Below are positions 12,840 through 24,939 of a DNA stretch of 64,000 nt, in pieces (positions within the stretch are counted from its first letter, which is position 1; every line of letters starts with the position of its first letter). The position numbers and the translations under genes were made by a program. Where the stretch lies: positions 8,618,001 to 8,682,000 of the forward strand of contig NC_135901.1 of NCBI RefSeq assembly GCF_964194155.1, in the 5' to 3' direction. The notes beneath the pieces are model-generated. The model saw only the letters and a program-made list of their open reading frames with translations, was not told the origin of the DNA and ran no database searches. The DNA comes from Cetorhinus maximus (taxonomy: Eukaryota).

Positions 12840-13027
12840 TCGTGAGACCGGCCAGTCCAGCAGAAAGAAATCCTCCGATCCTCCCACTCCAATTGCAGAG
12901 TGAACATGGTTCAGTCCTGGGTGTGATTAACAGCAGCAATAACAGCAGAATCCAACCCCTGTAATTGTTTGTGAAGTCGCTGGTGTCTCAGCAGACTGGA
13001 TAGCTGAGTGAATCCATTCCCACACGG
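12840..13027 (-). pseudogene. ZNF relic: last half finger plus 3' flank fused directly to promoter DNA
   Basis: Reads CGNGFTQLSSLLRHQRLHKQLQGLDSAVIAAVNHTQD*; adjoining 13028-13200 matches 46176-46348. Confidence 0.8.
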
Positions 13028-13400
13028 GGTCTGGGGCCTACCCCAGAAGTTGATCCAGTTCCCAGTCCAGCCGCGGTTTCCATTCCTACCCCGTGCTCAC
13101 AATCTCCTCCCGCCTCCCGAACCGTCTGCTCCTCCTCACTCTGTCACCATGACTGACACTGAGCATGCTCAGAGCGCACACCCACACTGCACCTGCGCAC
13201 TGGGAGCGGGCTCGCCGAACGCCGCCATTTTGGGAGAGCAAGGCGGGTCTTGTTCAGGGAGCCGGGCGCATTGGCGGCCATCTTGGTGAAGGCAGGGGGA
13301 GAGAAGGCGGGGCTTCCTCCCCGGTGACACGCCCGGGTTACCCGGACAACCGGCCGCCGCCATCTTGCGCTGAGGGTTTTCCATCCGGGTCTTTAGTGAA
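13028..13400. promoter_or_regulatory. CpG-rich promoter segment with three YY1-type motifs
   Basis: gccgccatttt, gcggccatctt and gccgccatctt; high CpG density. Confidence 0.65.
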
Positions 13401-13829
13401 GGAATGGAGAATGAGCTGGAGTCAGTTTGAAAACTGTTCAGAGGAAGGTCTGAAATCAGATTTACATCCAGATACCTGTAAGGACAATAAACTTTACATC
13501 AATTATGTGTTTAAAATGAAATCAGAATGCTGGAAACACTCAGTTCTGAAGAAGAATCATATTGGATTGGAAATGTTAAATCTGTTTCTCTCTCTTCACA
13601 GAAGCTGCCAAACCTGCTGAGGATTTCCAGAACTTTTTGTTTTTATTTCAGATTTCCAGCATCCACCGTATTTTACTAAAATTATGTTTCTTTGCAATTT
13701 TTTTGCATAAAGAGTAAAATAATTGTGACCATTTAAATGTACAAATCAGTGATATTTATTTGTGTAACTGAGACTCGACTCAAGTTAACCCGCACCCGAC
13801 AGTGACCTCTCACCTGGCAGCTCACAATG

Positions 13830-14100
13830 CCCGGCTGATTGACGGCAGCTGCGAGCCAATAGGAATAGAGGGGCGGGACTAGAGGACCGAACAGGAGCTG
13901 TTGGGCGTCGAGCCAATCGGAGTGATGGGGATGGGGGAGGGGCGGGTCTAGGCTCGGACTGAAGCATGCGCAGTACTAGAGCCGGAGCTGGAAGAAGGAG
14001 CGGTCGAGTTGAGATCACAAAGGGTGAGAAATGAAGTCGGCGCCTGGAGATTGTGAACCGGGGGGAGCCTGGAAACTGCGCGCGAGCTCAGACGGCGGGA
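13830..14100 (+). promoter_or_regulatory. CpG-rich promoter and probable first exon of ZNF-B
   Basis: Two agccaat boxes, two GC boxes, gcatgcgc NRF1-like site, donor-like g|gtgaga near 14023. Confidence 0.6.
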
Positions 14101-14104
14101 ATAC

Positions 14105-14420
14105 GGTGGCCCAGTGGTAATGTCACTGGGCTAGAAGTCCAGAGACCTTGGGATGTGGGTTCAAGACCCAGCATAGCTGCTGGAATTTAAATTTAGTTAA
14201 TAAATCTATAAAGTTATCATCGATTGTGGTAAATTCCGTCTGGTTCACCAGTGTCCCTTTAGGGAAGGAAATCTGCCGTCCCCACCAAGTCTGGCCTACA
14301 TGTGACGCCAGACCCACAGTGATGTGGTTCACTCTGAATCGGCCCAGCAAGCCACTCAGTTATGAGTGCCATGTTATGTGGGCAATGCCCACATCCTATC
14401 ATAGAATTAAAAAAAAAACA
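14105..14420 (+). mobile_element. tRNA-derived SINE
   Basis: A/B-box head (ggtggcccagtgg..gggttcaagaccc), same body as 21682, 41212 and 53383 copies, A-rich end. Confidence 0.75.
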
Positions 14421-14679
14421 CATGGTGTGTGCGGGACTGGAAACCCTGGTAAGAGGCCTGGCTTATGCAGGCAACTGCCTGTTGCCATCTTAGGAGGGGA
14501 AGGTGGGATGAATGGGTAGTGATATTGGTGAGGGAATTGTCATTTGTGGGAGGGAATTCCAATCTTGTCCCAGCTTTTGTGTCAATAATTGTTTCCACAT
14601 TTCACTCTGAAAGACATGGCTGCAATTTTTAGACCATGATCGTCCTCACTTCCCCAGATTCAGTCAGCTTCAAAGAAGA

Positions 14680-15525
14680 GTCATAGTCCTGGACTCTGGG
14701 GGCACAGTGTAAACATGAGAGCCAGACCTTTCAGGAGTGAAGTTAGCAAACACATCTACACACAAAGGGAGGTAGAAGTTAGGAACTCTGTTCCACAAAC
14801 AGTAGTTGATGCGAGATCAATGTTAATGTTAAATCTGACATTGAACGATCTTTGTTAACCAAAGGTATTAATGGATATGAAGCGAAGGCAGCTGTATAGA
14901 GTTAGATCACAGATCAGCCATGATCTCATTTCACGGTGGAACAGGCTTGAGGAGCTAAATAGTCAACTCCTAGAATCATAGAAACTTACAGCACAGGAAG
15001 AGGCCATTCGATCCTTTGTGTTTGCACTGTCTCTTTGAATGAGCAGTCACGTTTAGTCCCACACACATGTTGTGTTCGTAGACCTAAGAGTTCCTCATTC
15101 TCAAATAACCGCCAATTCCCTTTTAAAATTCCTTATAGAGTCAGGTTCCAGCACTTTTTCAGGTGTGAGTTCCCAATCCTGACAACTCTTTGTTGGTGCC
15201 GAAACTGTTGAACTCGATGCTGAGTCTGGAAAGTTGTAAAGTTTCAAATCAGAAGATGAACTGCTGTTCCTCGAGCTCCCATTGAGCTTCATTGGAACAG
15301 TTCAGGAGGCCAAGGACAGAGAGGTCAGAATGGGAGTGGGGCAGAGAATTAAAATGACAAGTGACTGGAAGCCCAGGGTCAAGCTCACAGACTGAATGGA
15401 GGTTATTCCACAAAGTGATCACCCAATCATGTTTGATCTTCCCAATGGAGAGCAGACCACATGGTCAGCACTGAAGACAGTAACTAAATTGAAAAAAAAA
15501 TTACAAGCAAATCACTGTTTGTTAT
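14680..15525. mobile_element. CR1 tails and a minus-strand Penelope GIY-YIG C-terminal fragment (15190-15525)
   Basis: Similar to 30720-31090 (gctgttcctc..gagcttcattggaaca). Confidence 0.65.
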
Positions 15526-15589
15526 GAGCCGAGGAAAGATACTTCATTTGAAGAATAAGGGTTACAAAGTAAAACAAGCCGATTTCCAG

Positions 15590-15820
15590 AATATTAAAAC
15601 TTCAGTCCAGTTACAAAGGTTATTAACATCAGCAGAAACAAACCCAAACTATCAGAATGAACATGGTTCAGTCCTGGATGTGATTAACAGCAGAACCAAC
15701 CGCTGGAGTCTCTGCTGAACTCGCTGGTGTGTCAGCCAGTTGGATGATGGATTAAATCCCTTCTCAGACATGGAGCAGGTGTCCGGCCTCTCCCCAGTGT
15801 GAACTCGCTGCTGTGTGTCT
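15590..15820 (-). pseudogene. ZNF relic: last 1.5 fingers plus conserved 3' flank, antisense to ZNF-B
   Basis: [33 protein letters not shown] followed by gctgttaatcacatccaggactgaaccatg. Confidence 0.8.
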
Positions 15821-16304
15821 TGGAGCTGATGGCTTCCCCCATGCACCAGCTGCTCTTGTCTTTCTATGTGGGTGGGGGCTATGGGAGATTCTACCAAAAA
15901 TTCTGGTTGAATTGCAGATCTATGAAGTCCATCTCCTTTTCCCCTCCTCCACCTCTCACTCTTTTCCCATCGAGGCCAGAGTCTTGTGTCAGCCCAGATT
16001 GGGAGGCAGGTTCCCTTCCCTGAAGGACATTAATGAACCAATTGCGTTTTTATGACAATCCAGCAGTTTTCATGGTCACTTTTTCCTAGTGCCGACCCCA
16101 CAAATTATCGGATTCATTCAGCTCAATTTCACAACCTGTCTTTGTGTTTTTGTGGGTTCTCTTTCACAGTTCTTCATTTCTGTTTTAAATTCATTTTACA
16201 GGCTGTTAGAAGGATTTGCAGTTGGGAAAGTCAAATCAAAATCACATCAAAATCTGCCAGAGTCTCTCGATTCATCAGAACCTGAAGATTGACAGCCTTT
16301 GAAC

Positions 16305-17090
16305 ATGGAAGCAAAAAGCACTGTTCACACCAGGGAGAAACCATGGAAATGTGGGGACTGTGGGAAGGGATTCAGATCTCCGTCTGATCTGGAAACTCAT
16401 CGACGCAGTCACACCGGGGAGAGGCCATTCATCTGCTCCGTGTGTGGGAAGGGATTCACTCAGTTAATCGGTCTTCAGACACACCAGCGACTTCACACTG
16501 GAGAGAGGCCATTCATCTGCGCCGTGTGTGGAAATAGATTCACTCGCTCATCCCACCTGCTGAAACACCAGCAAGTTCACACCAACAAGAGAGAATTTCA
16601 ATGCCCCGACTGTGAAAAGAGCTTTAAAAACCCACATGGACTGAGGGAGCACCAGCGCATTCACACTGCATATGCACCGTTCAGCTGCTCACAGTGTGGG
16701 AAGAGGTTCAGTACATCACCCCACCTTCTGACACACCAACGACTTCACACTGACGAGAGACCTTTTAAATGTCCAGACTGTGGGAAGTGCTTCAAAAGTT
16801 CTATGGATCTGCAATACCATCAACGTGTTCACACTGATGAGAGACCATTCAGATGCTCTCACTGTGGGACTGGGTTCAGGCAATCATCTCACCTCACTGC
16901 ACACCAGCGCACCCACACTGGGGAGAGGCCATTCACCTGCTCCAAGTGTGGAAAAAGATTCACTCAGTCATCCAACCTGCTGACACACCAGCGAATTCAC
17001 ACTGGGGAGAGACCATACACCTGCTCTGAATGTGGGAAGGGATTCACTCGCTTTTCCCACCTGGTGACACACCAGCGAGTTCACAAATGA
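16305..17090 (+). CDS. Tandem C2H2 zinc-finger protein (ZNF-B), 9 fingers
   Basis: Intact ORF from first ATG (track starts at TTG 16299); acceptor ttttacag ends at 16201. Confidence 0.9.
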   Translation: MEAKSTVHTREKPWKCGDCGKGFRSPSDLETHRRSHTGERPFICSVCGKGFTQLIGLQTHQRLHTGERPFICAVCGNRFTRSSHLLKHQQVHTNKREFQCPDCEKSFKNPHGLREHQRIHTAYAPFSCSQCGKRFSTSPHLLTHQRLHTDERPFKCPDCGKCFKSSMDLQYHQRVHTDERPFRCSHCGTGFRQSSHLTAHQRTHTGERPFTCSKCGKRFTQSSNLLTHQRIHTGERPYTCSECGKGFTRFSHLVTHQRVHK

Positions 17091-17149
17091 TTGCAGGGGT
17101 TGGATTCTGCTGTTATTGCTGCTGTTAATCACATCCTGGACTGAATCAT

Positions 17150-17276
17150 AAAGATAAAAACAAAAAGCTAAAAGCTGCCGAAGGGCCATGAGGGCTCGAA
17201 ACGTTGACTGATTTCTTCTCCGCCGATGCTGCCAGACTTGCTGAGTTTTTCCAGATAATTCTGTTTTTATTTTGTT
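17150..17276 (+). mobile_element. Mini Penelope 3' end insertion with 14-bp target-site duplication
   Basis: ctggactgaatcat at 17136-17149 and 17277-17290; body gaaacgttgact..gatgctgccagac..ctgagtttttcc. Confidence 0.8.
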
Positions 17277-17971
17277 CTGGACTGAATCATGTTCATTCTG
17301 ACAGTTGGGGTTGATCTCTAATGTCAGTTGCCCAGTTCAGACTTAGCGTGTACTCGTACCATCTCTCAATTATGAGTGAATAGATCATCATTGTCTGCAA
17401 ACCTTGTTTTTAAATTTAAATCCACACAGAAACTGTATCGAACTAAAGATGAATATTAAACAGATCACAGTGCAATCCTGCAGCTCTATATTGACTGGAG
17501 AAAGTCTGTCCTGTAACTCGAGGATGAGGCTCGGTAAACTCTGAATGTTTGGAATCACAAGTAGGCTCGAGCTATTTGAGAGGTGGGCTGTTCAAAACTG
17601 TTAACCGTTAAGATATTGAAGGAATTACTCTGAAAGTAAACTCACCAGTTGATAACCTCAGACTCTGCTCCCTGCTGTAATTAATACTCAGCATCCATTC
17701 GTGCTGATTTACAGTGAATCACTGAATATCCTGTGGAGTCTTTGTTCCTTGTTTTGTGAAATAGCTCTCCCCATTAGTGCTGAACTGCTGGATAACTCTG
17801 ATTACATTTAGACACGTCTATAAAGAGTCTGTGTGCCCACATTTCGCTGTGATTTGTAAACAATAAACAATGTTCATGGCCTGACTTGTAGTCTGGTATC
17901 CGGGTGATTTGTGAAGAAAGATTTAATTCACTCACTCAGCAGCTTGAGGGGAACCAGACTGAGGTTTATTG

Positions 17972-19485
17972 AACATAAGAAATAGGAACAGGAATAGGCC
18001 ATTCGGCCCTTCGAGCCTGCTCTGCTATTCAATACGATCATCGCTGATCTTCTATCCCAGGTCTGCTCTCTCCGTATCCCTTATTTCCCTTCAAAAATAC
18101 TCAAATCTCTATCGACCTGTGTCCTAAATATAACTGAGAACCCACCCTGAGGTGGAAAATTGCAAAGATTCGCAACCCTCTGAGTGAGGAAATTCCTCCT
18201 CTTCTCAATTTTAAATGGTCAACCCCTTATTCTGAGACCACCCCCCAACCCCCCACTCCCTTCTAGATTCCCCAGCCAGGGGAAACATTTTCTCAGCATC
18301 TACCCTGTCAGGCCCCTTAAGAACTTTAAATTTCAATTAGATCACCTTTCATTCTTCTAAACTCCATTAAATTTAGGCCTAGTCTGCTCGATCTCTCCTC
18401 ATGGGACAATCTCCTCATCCCAGGAGCCAGTCTGGTGAACATTTGTTTCACTCCCTCTAGGTCAAGTATGTCCTTCCTTAGGTAAGGAGACTAAACCCGC
18501 ACACAGTGCTCCAGGTGAGGCCTCACCAATGCTCTGTGTAATTGTAGTAAGACATATTTACTCTTATACTCCAATCCCTTTGTAATAAAAGCTAACAGAC
18601 CATTTACCATTGCTTGCTTTACCTGCACATTAACTACCTGTGATTCATGTACAAGAACAGCCAGGTCCCTTTGAATGCAAATATTTCCCAGTCTTGCACC
18701 ATTCAAAAAAATATCCTGCTTTTATAATTTCCCTCTTTTATAATTTCCCTATCAATATTGATAACTTCACACTTCACCACGTTGTATTCCATCTGCCATG
18801 TCCTTACCCACTCTCCCAATCTATCTATCCCTCTGCAGACCCTTTTCGTCCTTGTCACCATTTACTTTTCTAATTAACTTTCTTCAACAGCAATCTGGAT
18901 ACATTACACTCAGTCTCCTCATCTAAATCATTGATATCGATTGTAAATAGCTGAGGCTTAACTACTGATCCTTGTGGTACCCACAAGTTACAGCCTGTCA
19001 ATCTGAAAATGTCCTGTTTATTCCTATTCTCTGTTTTCTATCCATTAATTAACTCTCAGTCCATGCTAGAATATTACCCCAATCACCTGACACCTGATTT
19101 TGTGTAATGACCTCTTGTGTGGCACCTTATCAAATGTTTTTTGAAAATCCAAATGCACGACATGTGCTAATTCCCTTGTTATCCACCTCACCCGTTACAC
19201 CCACAAAAAGCTCTAAACAAATGTGTCAAACATGATTTCCCTTTCATAAATCTGTATTGACTCTGTTTAATCAGTTAATGATTTTCGAAGTGCCCTGTTA
19301 CCACATCTAATAATAGCAGTTGGCAAAATGCTAGAATCTGATGTTAGACTAATTGGTCTATAGTTCCCCATTTTCTCTCTTCCTCCTTTCTGAATAGTGA
19401 GGTTATGTTTTCTACCTTCCATTCCTTGGGAACTGTTCTAAAAAAGCTAAGGAATCCTGGGATATCAAATCCAATGTATCCACCA
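17972..19485 (-). mobile_element. CR1 LINE 3' portion
   Basis: LLQLHRALVRPHLEHC peptide; tail cctatttcttatgttc at ~17975. Confidence 0.85.
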
Positions 19486-19942
19486 TGTTATGATCCCTGT
19501 GGAGATCAACAAACCAAAAGAACCAAATTTACTGAACAACACCAACAAGAAAACCATTGAACAAGATTTCACCTTTGATACCTTTTACTTTAATAATCAA
19601 ATCAAAATCAACATAAATTAAACATGAATTAACAGGCAAATTGCAGCCAATATTAACTAAAACTTATATATTAAAGAGCAGATGCAACAAAGGGAGATCT
19701 GCATTTTTCAGAAGTCTACCCAGCAGATATGGCACCAATTTCAGCCATAAACTCCTTCAAAACTCTGAAAGTCCTCAGGTGGAATTCCAGCTTCTTTTCT
19801 TTCAGGATTTAGGTGCCGATTACATATTTCACTCCTGGGAGTGGTTTGTTTCTTGAAGGTGAGATTATTATTAAAATGACAACACACACTGTGTCCACCC
19901 AGGGATCTCTCTGGACTAACCGGCACCACACAGGGTCATGTG
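19486..19942. mobile_element. Probable solo LTR or short TIR element inserted among CR1 fragments
   Basis: Starts tgttatgatccctgtg, ends cacagggtcatg (imperfect terminal inverted repeat). Confidence 0.4.
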
Positions 19943-20289
19943 TCTATGAAGAGGAGGTTGTTGTCCAGTATTTCCTAACCAATTCTCTATCTAAGTGATA
20001 GATTGTCTCTAATTCCAGGCACTTTCATTTTGTTAGAATCTCTTGTATGGAACTTTATCAAATGCCTTCTGGAAGTCAGTATAAGTAACATCATTGACAT
20101 TCCCTTAACTACCACATTAGTGACCTCCTCAAAAATACAACACAGTTATTTAGACATGAATTAACCTTTTACAAATCCATGCTGTCTCTCTCTGATCAGC
20201 TCATATTTCTCAAAGTGATAATGGGGTGAATAATTCAGAATTCACAAACCTCCTGAATCTTTCCTATTTATGGCAGACAGAAGATGTAG

Positions 20290-21275
20290 AGTTAATCTCT
20301 CTTTCTGTTTCCCTCTTTCGCTCTGTCCTATATTTCTCCCTGGATTTCTTTCTGTCTCTGTATCCTCTCTCTTGGTCCTTCTGTCTTTTGCTTTGAAACA
20401 ATTTCTTGTCTCTTTTTGTGTGTCTCATTCTCTCTGACTATATTTATCTCTCTATTTGTCTTTCTCCCTCTCTCATTCTGTCATGTTGTCATTCAATCTT
20501 TCTGTCTCACTGTCTCTCACTCCCTTTCTGTGACTGTCTTTCTCGCTCCATCTGTCTCTCCCCCTCTCTCTCATCCCCTGTCTGTCTCTCATGTTCTGAT
20601 TGTCTCTTATGTTCCGACTCTCTCTCACTATCTGTCTCTCGGCCTCTGTCTGTCTCTCAGTCTCTGTCTCCCACCCTCTGTATGTTTCTGATACTTTTCT
20701 GTCTTTCAGTCTCTGTCTGTCCTTCCCTGTCTGTCTCTCACCCTCCATCTGACTCTCACTCTCCGTTTGTCTGTCACTCTCTGTCTGTCTCTCACTCTCC
20801 ATCTGTCTCTCACTCTCTTTCTCTCACTCTACATCTGTGTCTCACCCTCTGTCTGTTTCTCACCCTCTGTCTGTCTGCCACTCCCTGTTTGTCTCTCACC
20901 CTCAGCCTGATTTGCACTGTCTCTTTCTCACTCTGTCTCTCACTCTCTGTCTGTCTCTCACCCTCTGTCTGTCTCTCACCCTGTCTGTCTCCCACTCCCT
21001 GTCTGTCTCTCACCCTCAACCTGATTCTCACTGTCTCTTTCTCACTCTGTCTCTCACCCTCTGTCTGTCTCTCACCCTCTGTCTGTCTCCTACTCCCTGT
21101 CTGTCTCCCACTCCCTGTCTGTCTCTCACCCTCGGCCTGATTCTCACTCTGTCTCTTTCTCACTCTCTGATTCTCACTCTGTCTCTTTCTTACTCTCTGA
21201 CTCTCACTCTCTGTCTGTCTCTCACTCTCTGTCTGTCTCTCATTCTCTGTCTGTCTCTCATTCTCTGTCTCATTT
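20290..21275. repeat. CT-rich minisatellite / low-complexity tract
   Basis: Repeats of ctctgtctgtctctcacc-like 18-mers with higher-order duplication. Confidence 0.95.
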
Positions 21276-21681
21276 CCTATCTCACTGGCATTGATTCTCT
21301 ATTTCAGACACAGAGTCTCTGCCACTGCAAGATGAACACAACACCCGAGATGAGCCCAGACCTCACATTGAACACAATTATACCAACATTCCCAATCATT
21401 TCCAATCAGAGTCTGTAAAGCTGACAATGAATAAGGACAACATTAACCAGAATGGAGGGAAATCAGACTCATCCTGGTATGAGTCAGGTACTGAGTTCGA
21501 GCCCCACCGATCTTCCCTTTCTGTGATATCACCATCCCCTTACTACGAGTGTTGGGAAATGGCTGACTTGTGCGCAGCAACAATGTTGATTTCTCCAGAT
21601 ATGTAAAATTTGCCACAATATAAATCGCAATTTAATTGGGTTTAACTGTGTGTTTGGATTCTTGGCACCTAGGGAGAGGTG

Positions 21682-22252
21682 AAGGTGTAGTGGTATTGTC
21701 GCTGGACTAGTAATCCAGAGATGCTCTGGATCTGTCATGGCAAATGGTGGAATTTGAATTCAATAAAACTCTGGAATTAAAGGTTTAACGTTGACCATGA
21801 AACCATTGTCGATTGTTGTAAAAAACCCATCAGGCTCACTAACGTCCTTTAGGGAAGGAAATTTGTCATCCTTACCTGGTCTGGCCTACATGTGACTCCA
21901 GACGCACAACAATGTGGTTTACTCTTAAATGCCTTCTGAAATGCCACTCAGTGGTATCAAACCACTACAAAGTCACTGGAAAAAAGGAATGAAACCAGAC
22001 AGACCACCCAGCATCGACCTAGGCACCGGAAATAACAACGGCAATCTCAGCCCCATCGAGCGCCATTCCTTTACTGTCACTGGGTCAAAATCCTGGAACT
22101 CCCTTCCTAACAGCACTGTAGGTGTACCTACACCACATGGATTGCAGTGGTTCAAGATGGCAGCTCACCAGCGCCTTCTCAAGGGCAACTAGGTATGGGC
22201 AATAAAGCCAGCCCAGCCAGCGAAGCCCACATCCCGTGAATGAATTAAAATA
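21682..22252 (+). mobile_element. tRNA-derived SINE with LINE-type 3' tail
   Basis: tagtggtattgtcgctggactagtaatccagag head; gggcaataaa..cccacatccc.tgaatgaat tail. Confidence 0.8.
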
Positions 22253-22837
22253 AACCTTCAGAAAGTGTCATCGACTTCAGAAAGTCTCTCCAGACTCCTG
22301 TTCAATACATTTGCTCAGTGGATTTAAATTTAAACCAGGTTTACAGATGTGATGCTGTATTCACACATCAAAGGCGAGAGCGATGCTGTGGGACATACAC
22401 TAAGTCCAGTAGCTGAAAATGATTAACAGACTGGGTTTTGTGTTCAGTGATCCCAGGAGTGTTACTGACACCTTCCCTGCATCCCAAAGCTAGGGGAGCC
22501 ACTCTGAAAGGTATGGGGAGCTGTGGCTTGTCCATGAGAGTAACTGAAGGTTTGAGAACTGAAGTAATCTAAAGTTGGAAAGGAGAAAAGACCCAAAATA
22601 GAGCAGTCAGTAACAGGATATCAAGTAACCTCCTCTTATCCTGGAGAAATTAAAGACTCAACAAAGTGTGTGTCTGAAACAACATGAATTCATTTGACAG
22701 ATATCAAAATATTGAACTCCAGCCAGTTATAGGGGTTATTAACATCAGCAGAAACAAACACCAACTATCAGAATGATCGTGGTTCAGTCCTGGATGTGAT
22801 GGACAGCGGCAATAACAGCAGAATCCAAACCCTGCAG

Positions 22838-23512
22838 TCACTGGTGAATTCGTTGGTGTCTCAGCTGGTGGGATGACGAAGTGAATCCCTTCCCACACAT
22901 AGAGCAGGTGAACGGTCTCTCCCCAGTGTGAGTGCATTGGTGTTTCAACAAGTCACTTTTGCTTTTATAGCTCTTCTCACAGTCAGAACATTTAAAAGGT
23001 CTCTGATCACTGTGAACAAGTTGATGTTCAGTGAGGTTGCATAAGTGAAGGAATCCCTTCCCACACTTGGAGCAGGTGAATGGCCTCTCCCCAGTGTGAA
23101 CTCGCTGGTGTCTCTGTAGGTTGGATACATTATTAAATCTCTCCCCACACACAGAGCAGGGGAATGGCCTCTCCCCAGTGTGAAATTGCTGGTGTGCCAG
23201 CAGGTTGGCTGACTGAGTGAATCCCTTCCCACACTCAGTGCAGGTGAATGGCCTCTTCCCAGTGTGAACTCGCTGGTGTCTCAGCAGATCCATTTTGCTT
23301 TTGAAGTTCTTCTCACAGTCAGAACAGTTAAAAGGTCTCTGATCAGTGTGAACAAGTTGATGTTTTGAAAGATGTGCTGACTGAGCGAATCCTTTCCCAC
23401 ACACAGAGCAGGTGAATGGCCTCTCCCCAGTGTGACTGCATCGATGAGATTCCAGCTGGGATGGAGTATTGAATCCCTTCCCACAGTCCCCGCATTTCCA
23501 TGGTTTCTCCAT
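22838..23512 (-). CDS. Tandem C2H2 zinc-finger protein (ZNF-C), 8 fingers
   Basis: Intact [13 protein letters not shown]..; ATG at 23512 (track starts at TTG 23548); decayed fingers 23520-23700; acceptor at ~23706. Confidence 0.9.
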   Translation of the reverse strand: MEKPWKCGDCGKGFNTPSQLESHRCSHTGERPFTCSVCGKGFAQSAHLSKHQLVHTDQRPFNCSDCEKNFKSKMDLLRHQRVHTGKRPFTCTECGKGFTQSANLLAHQQFHTGERPFPCSVCGERFNNVSNLQRHQRVHTGERPFTCSKCGKGFLHLCNLTEHQLVHSDQRPFKCSDCEKSYKSKSDLLKHQCTHTGERPFTCSMCGKGFTSSSHQLRHQRIHQ

Positions 23513-24939
23513 GGTGCTGTCGTCTTTGTGTGTCTCCAGCTTGGACAATCAGTTGAAGCCTTGTCCACACACAGAACACATGTACAGTTTCTCCCCACTG
23601 TGAATGGTGTGATGTTTTATCAGCTTGTGTGACTGGTTAAAGCTCTTTCCACAGTCAGCGCACTGGAACACTCTCAGTGTCTGTCTCGGTGCTTTTCTAG
23701 TCACACTGTAAAAGGAATTTAAATAGAATTACACAGAATATTCAATGCAGAAACAGGTCATTCTGTTCAACTGGTCCATGCCAGTGTTTATGCTCCACAT
23801 GAGCCTCTCACTTCTCTCTATCAGCATATCATTCTATTCCTTTCCCTCTTGTGTGCAGCTTCTTCTTAACTGCATTCACGCTGTTTTGCCTCAACTTCTC
23901 CCTGTGGCAGCAAGTTCCACACACTCTGGACAAAGACTTTGAACTTAAATAGTACGTTCTTGGGTTGCCGATGAGCACTGCTGCCTCTTTTCTGCATTTC
24001 CTGCAGAGGCTGAATCGTTGCTGATGAGAAAGCGCTGAGCTCTGTAGCTGTACTCCAGTTTTGTCATCTCTGGAATTCAGGTGTATGAGGAAAGTGAGCT
24101 CAGCCTTCTCAGCTCCCAGAATAAAGCTGATACCTTGTGAAGTAACTTCAGACAAGTGCAGTGGATCACAAACAACTATTGTATGAATCATTGTCTGGCT
24201 ATGCTGCTGTAAAACACCTCTGGATGTTAATGGCGCTATGTGAATGAGATGAAAAGTATCTTCAATGAACAGATTGTGAATTGGAATTCTCTAACCTAGA
24301 GGGCTGTGAGTGCTCAGTCATTAAGTATAATCAAGACTGAATTCAGCAGATTTTTGGAGATGGAAGGAACGAAGGGAAATGGGGACAAGGAGGAAAAATG
24401 GAGCTGATGTGGATCAGCCATGATCTTATTGAATGGTGGAACAGGCTCGATGTCCTACACCTGCTCCTATTTGTGATGTTTTTAAGTTGTTCTTGCTGAA
24501 TAGAGAACTCTTTAATTTAGTGGAATGATCAGCAACAACCTAAGATTTTCTTTTGGTTGCATTCATTTTCAGAGAATCTTCGAGGTGCATCGCACAAGAG
24601 GAGGTCATTTGGCCCATCATTCCTGTACTGGCTCTTAGAAAGAGCAGACTTGCTCAGTCCCACATCCCTGTTTTATGTCCGAAACTGTGTAACCTCCTCA
24701 TCAGGTAACTGTCCACCTCCCTTTTAGAATTAGTTATGGAATCAGATCCCACGACCTTATCAGGCAGATCGCGACAACTCTCTGAGGTTTACTCATTACC
24801 CATTATGAAGGTTCAAAGAAGGTTTGAGCAGTGTAAGATGGTTTCAAGAATATCAACATCAAAATATGTTTAATTATTACAATTATTGGCTGGGAGGGCA
24901 GTTCTGTCAGTGTCCAAAAGATACTTGTCTCCTGGTCAC

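Noticed and set aside
13008-14018. ORFs across the CpG-rich promoters as a possible effector exon
   Set aside because: GC-rich chance ORFs, not conserved in frame among paralogous promoters
17320-17930. Possible solo LTR (tataaa near 17818, aataaa near 17863)
   Set aside because: No clear termini or target-site duplication found
20406-21418. Long Ser/Leu/Cys-rich and Glu/Arg-rich ORFs
   Set aside because: Products of the CT-rich minisatellite
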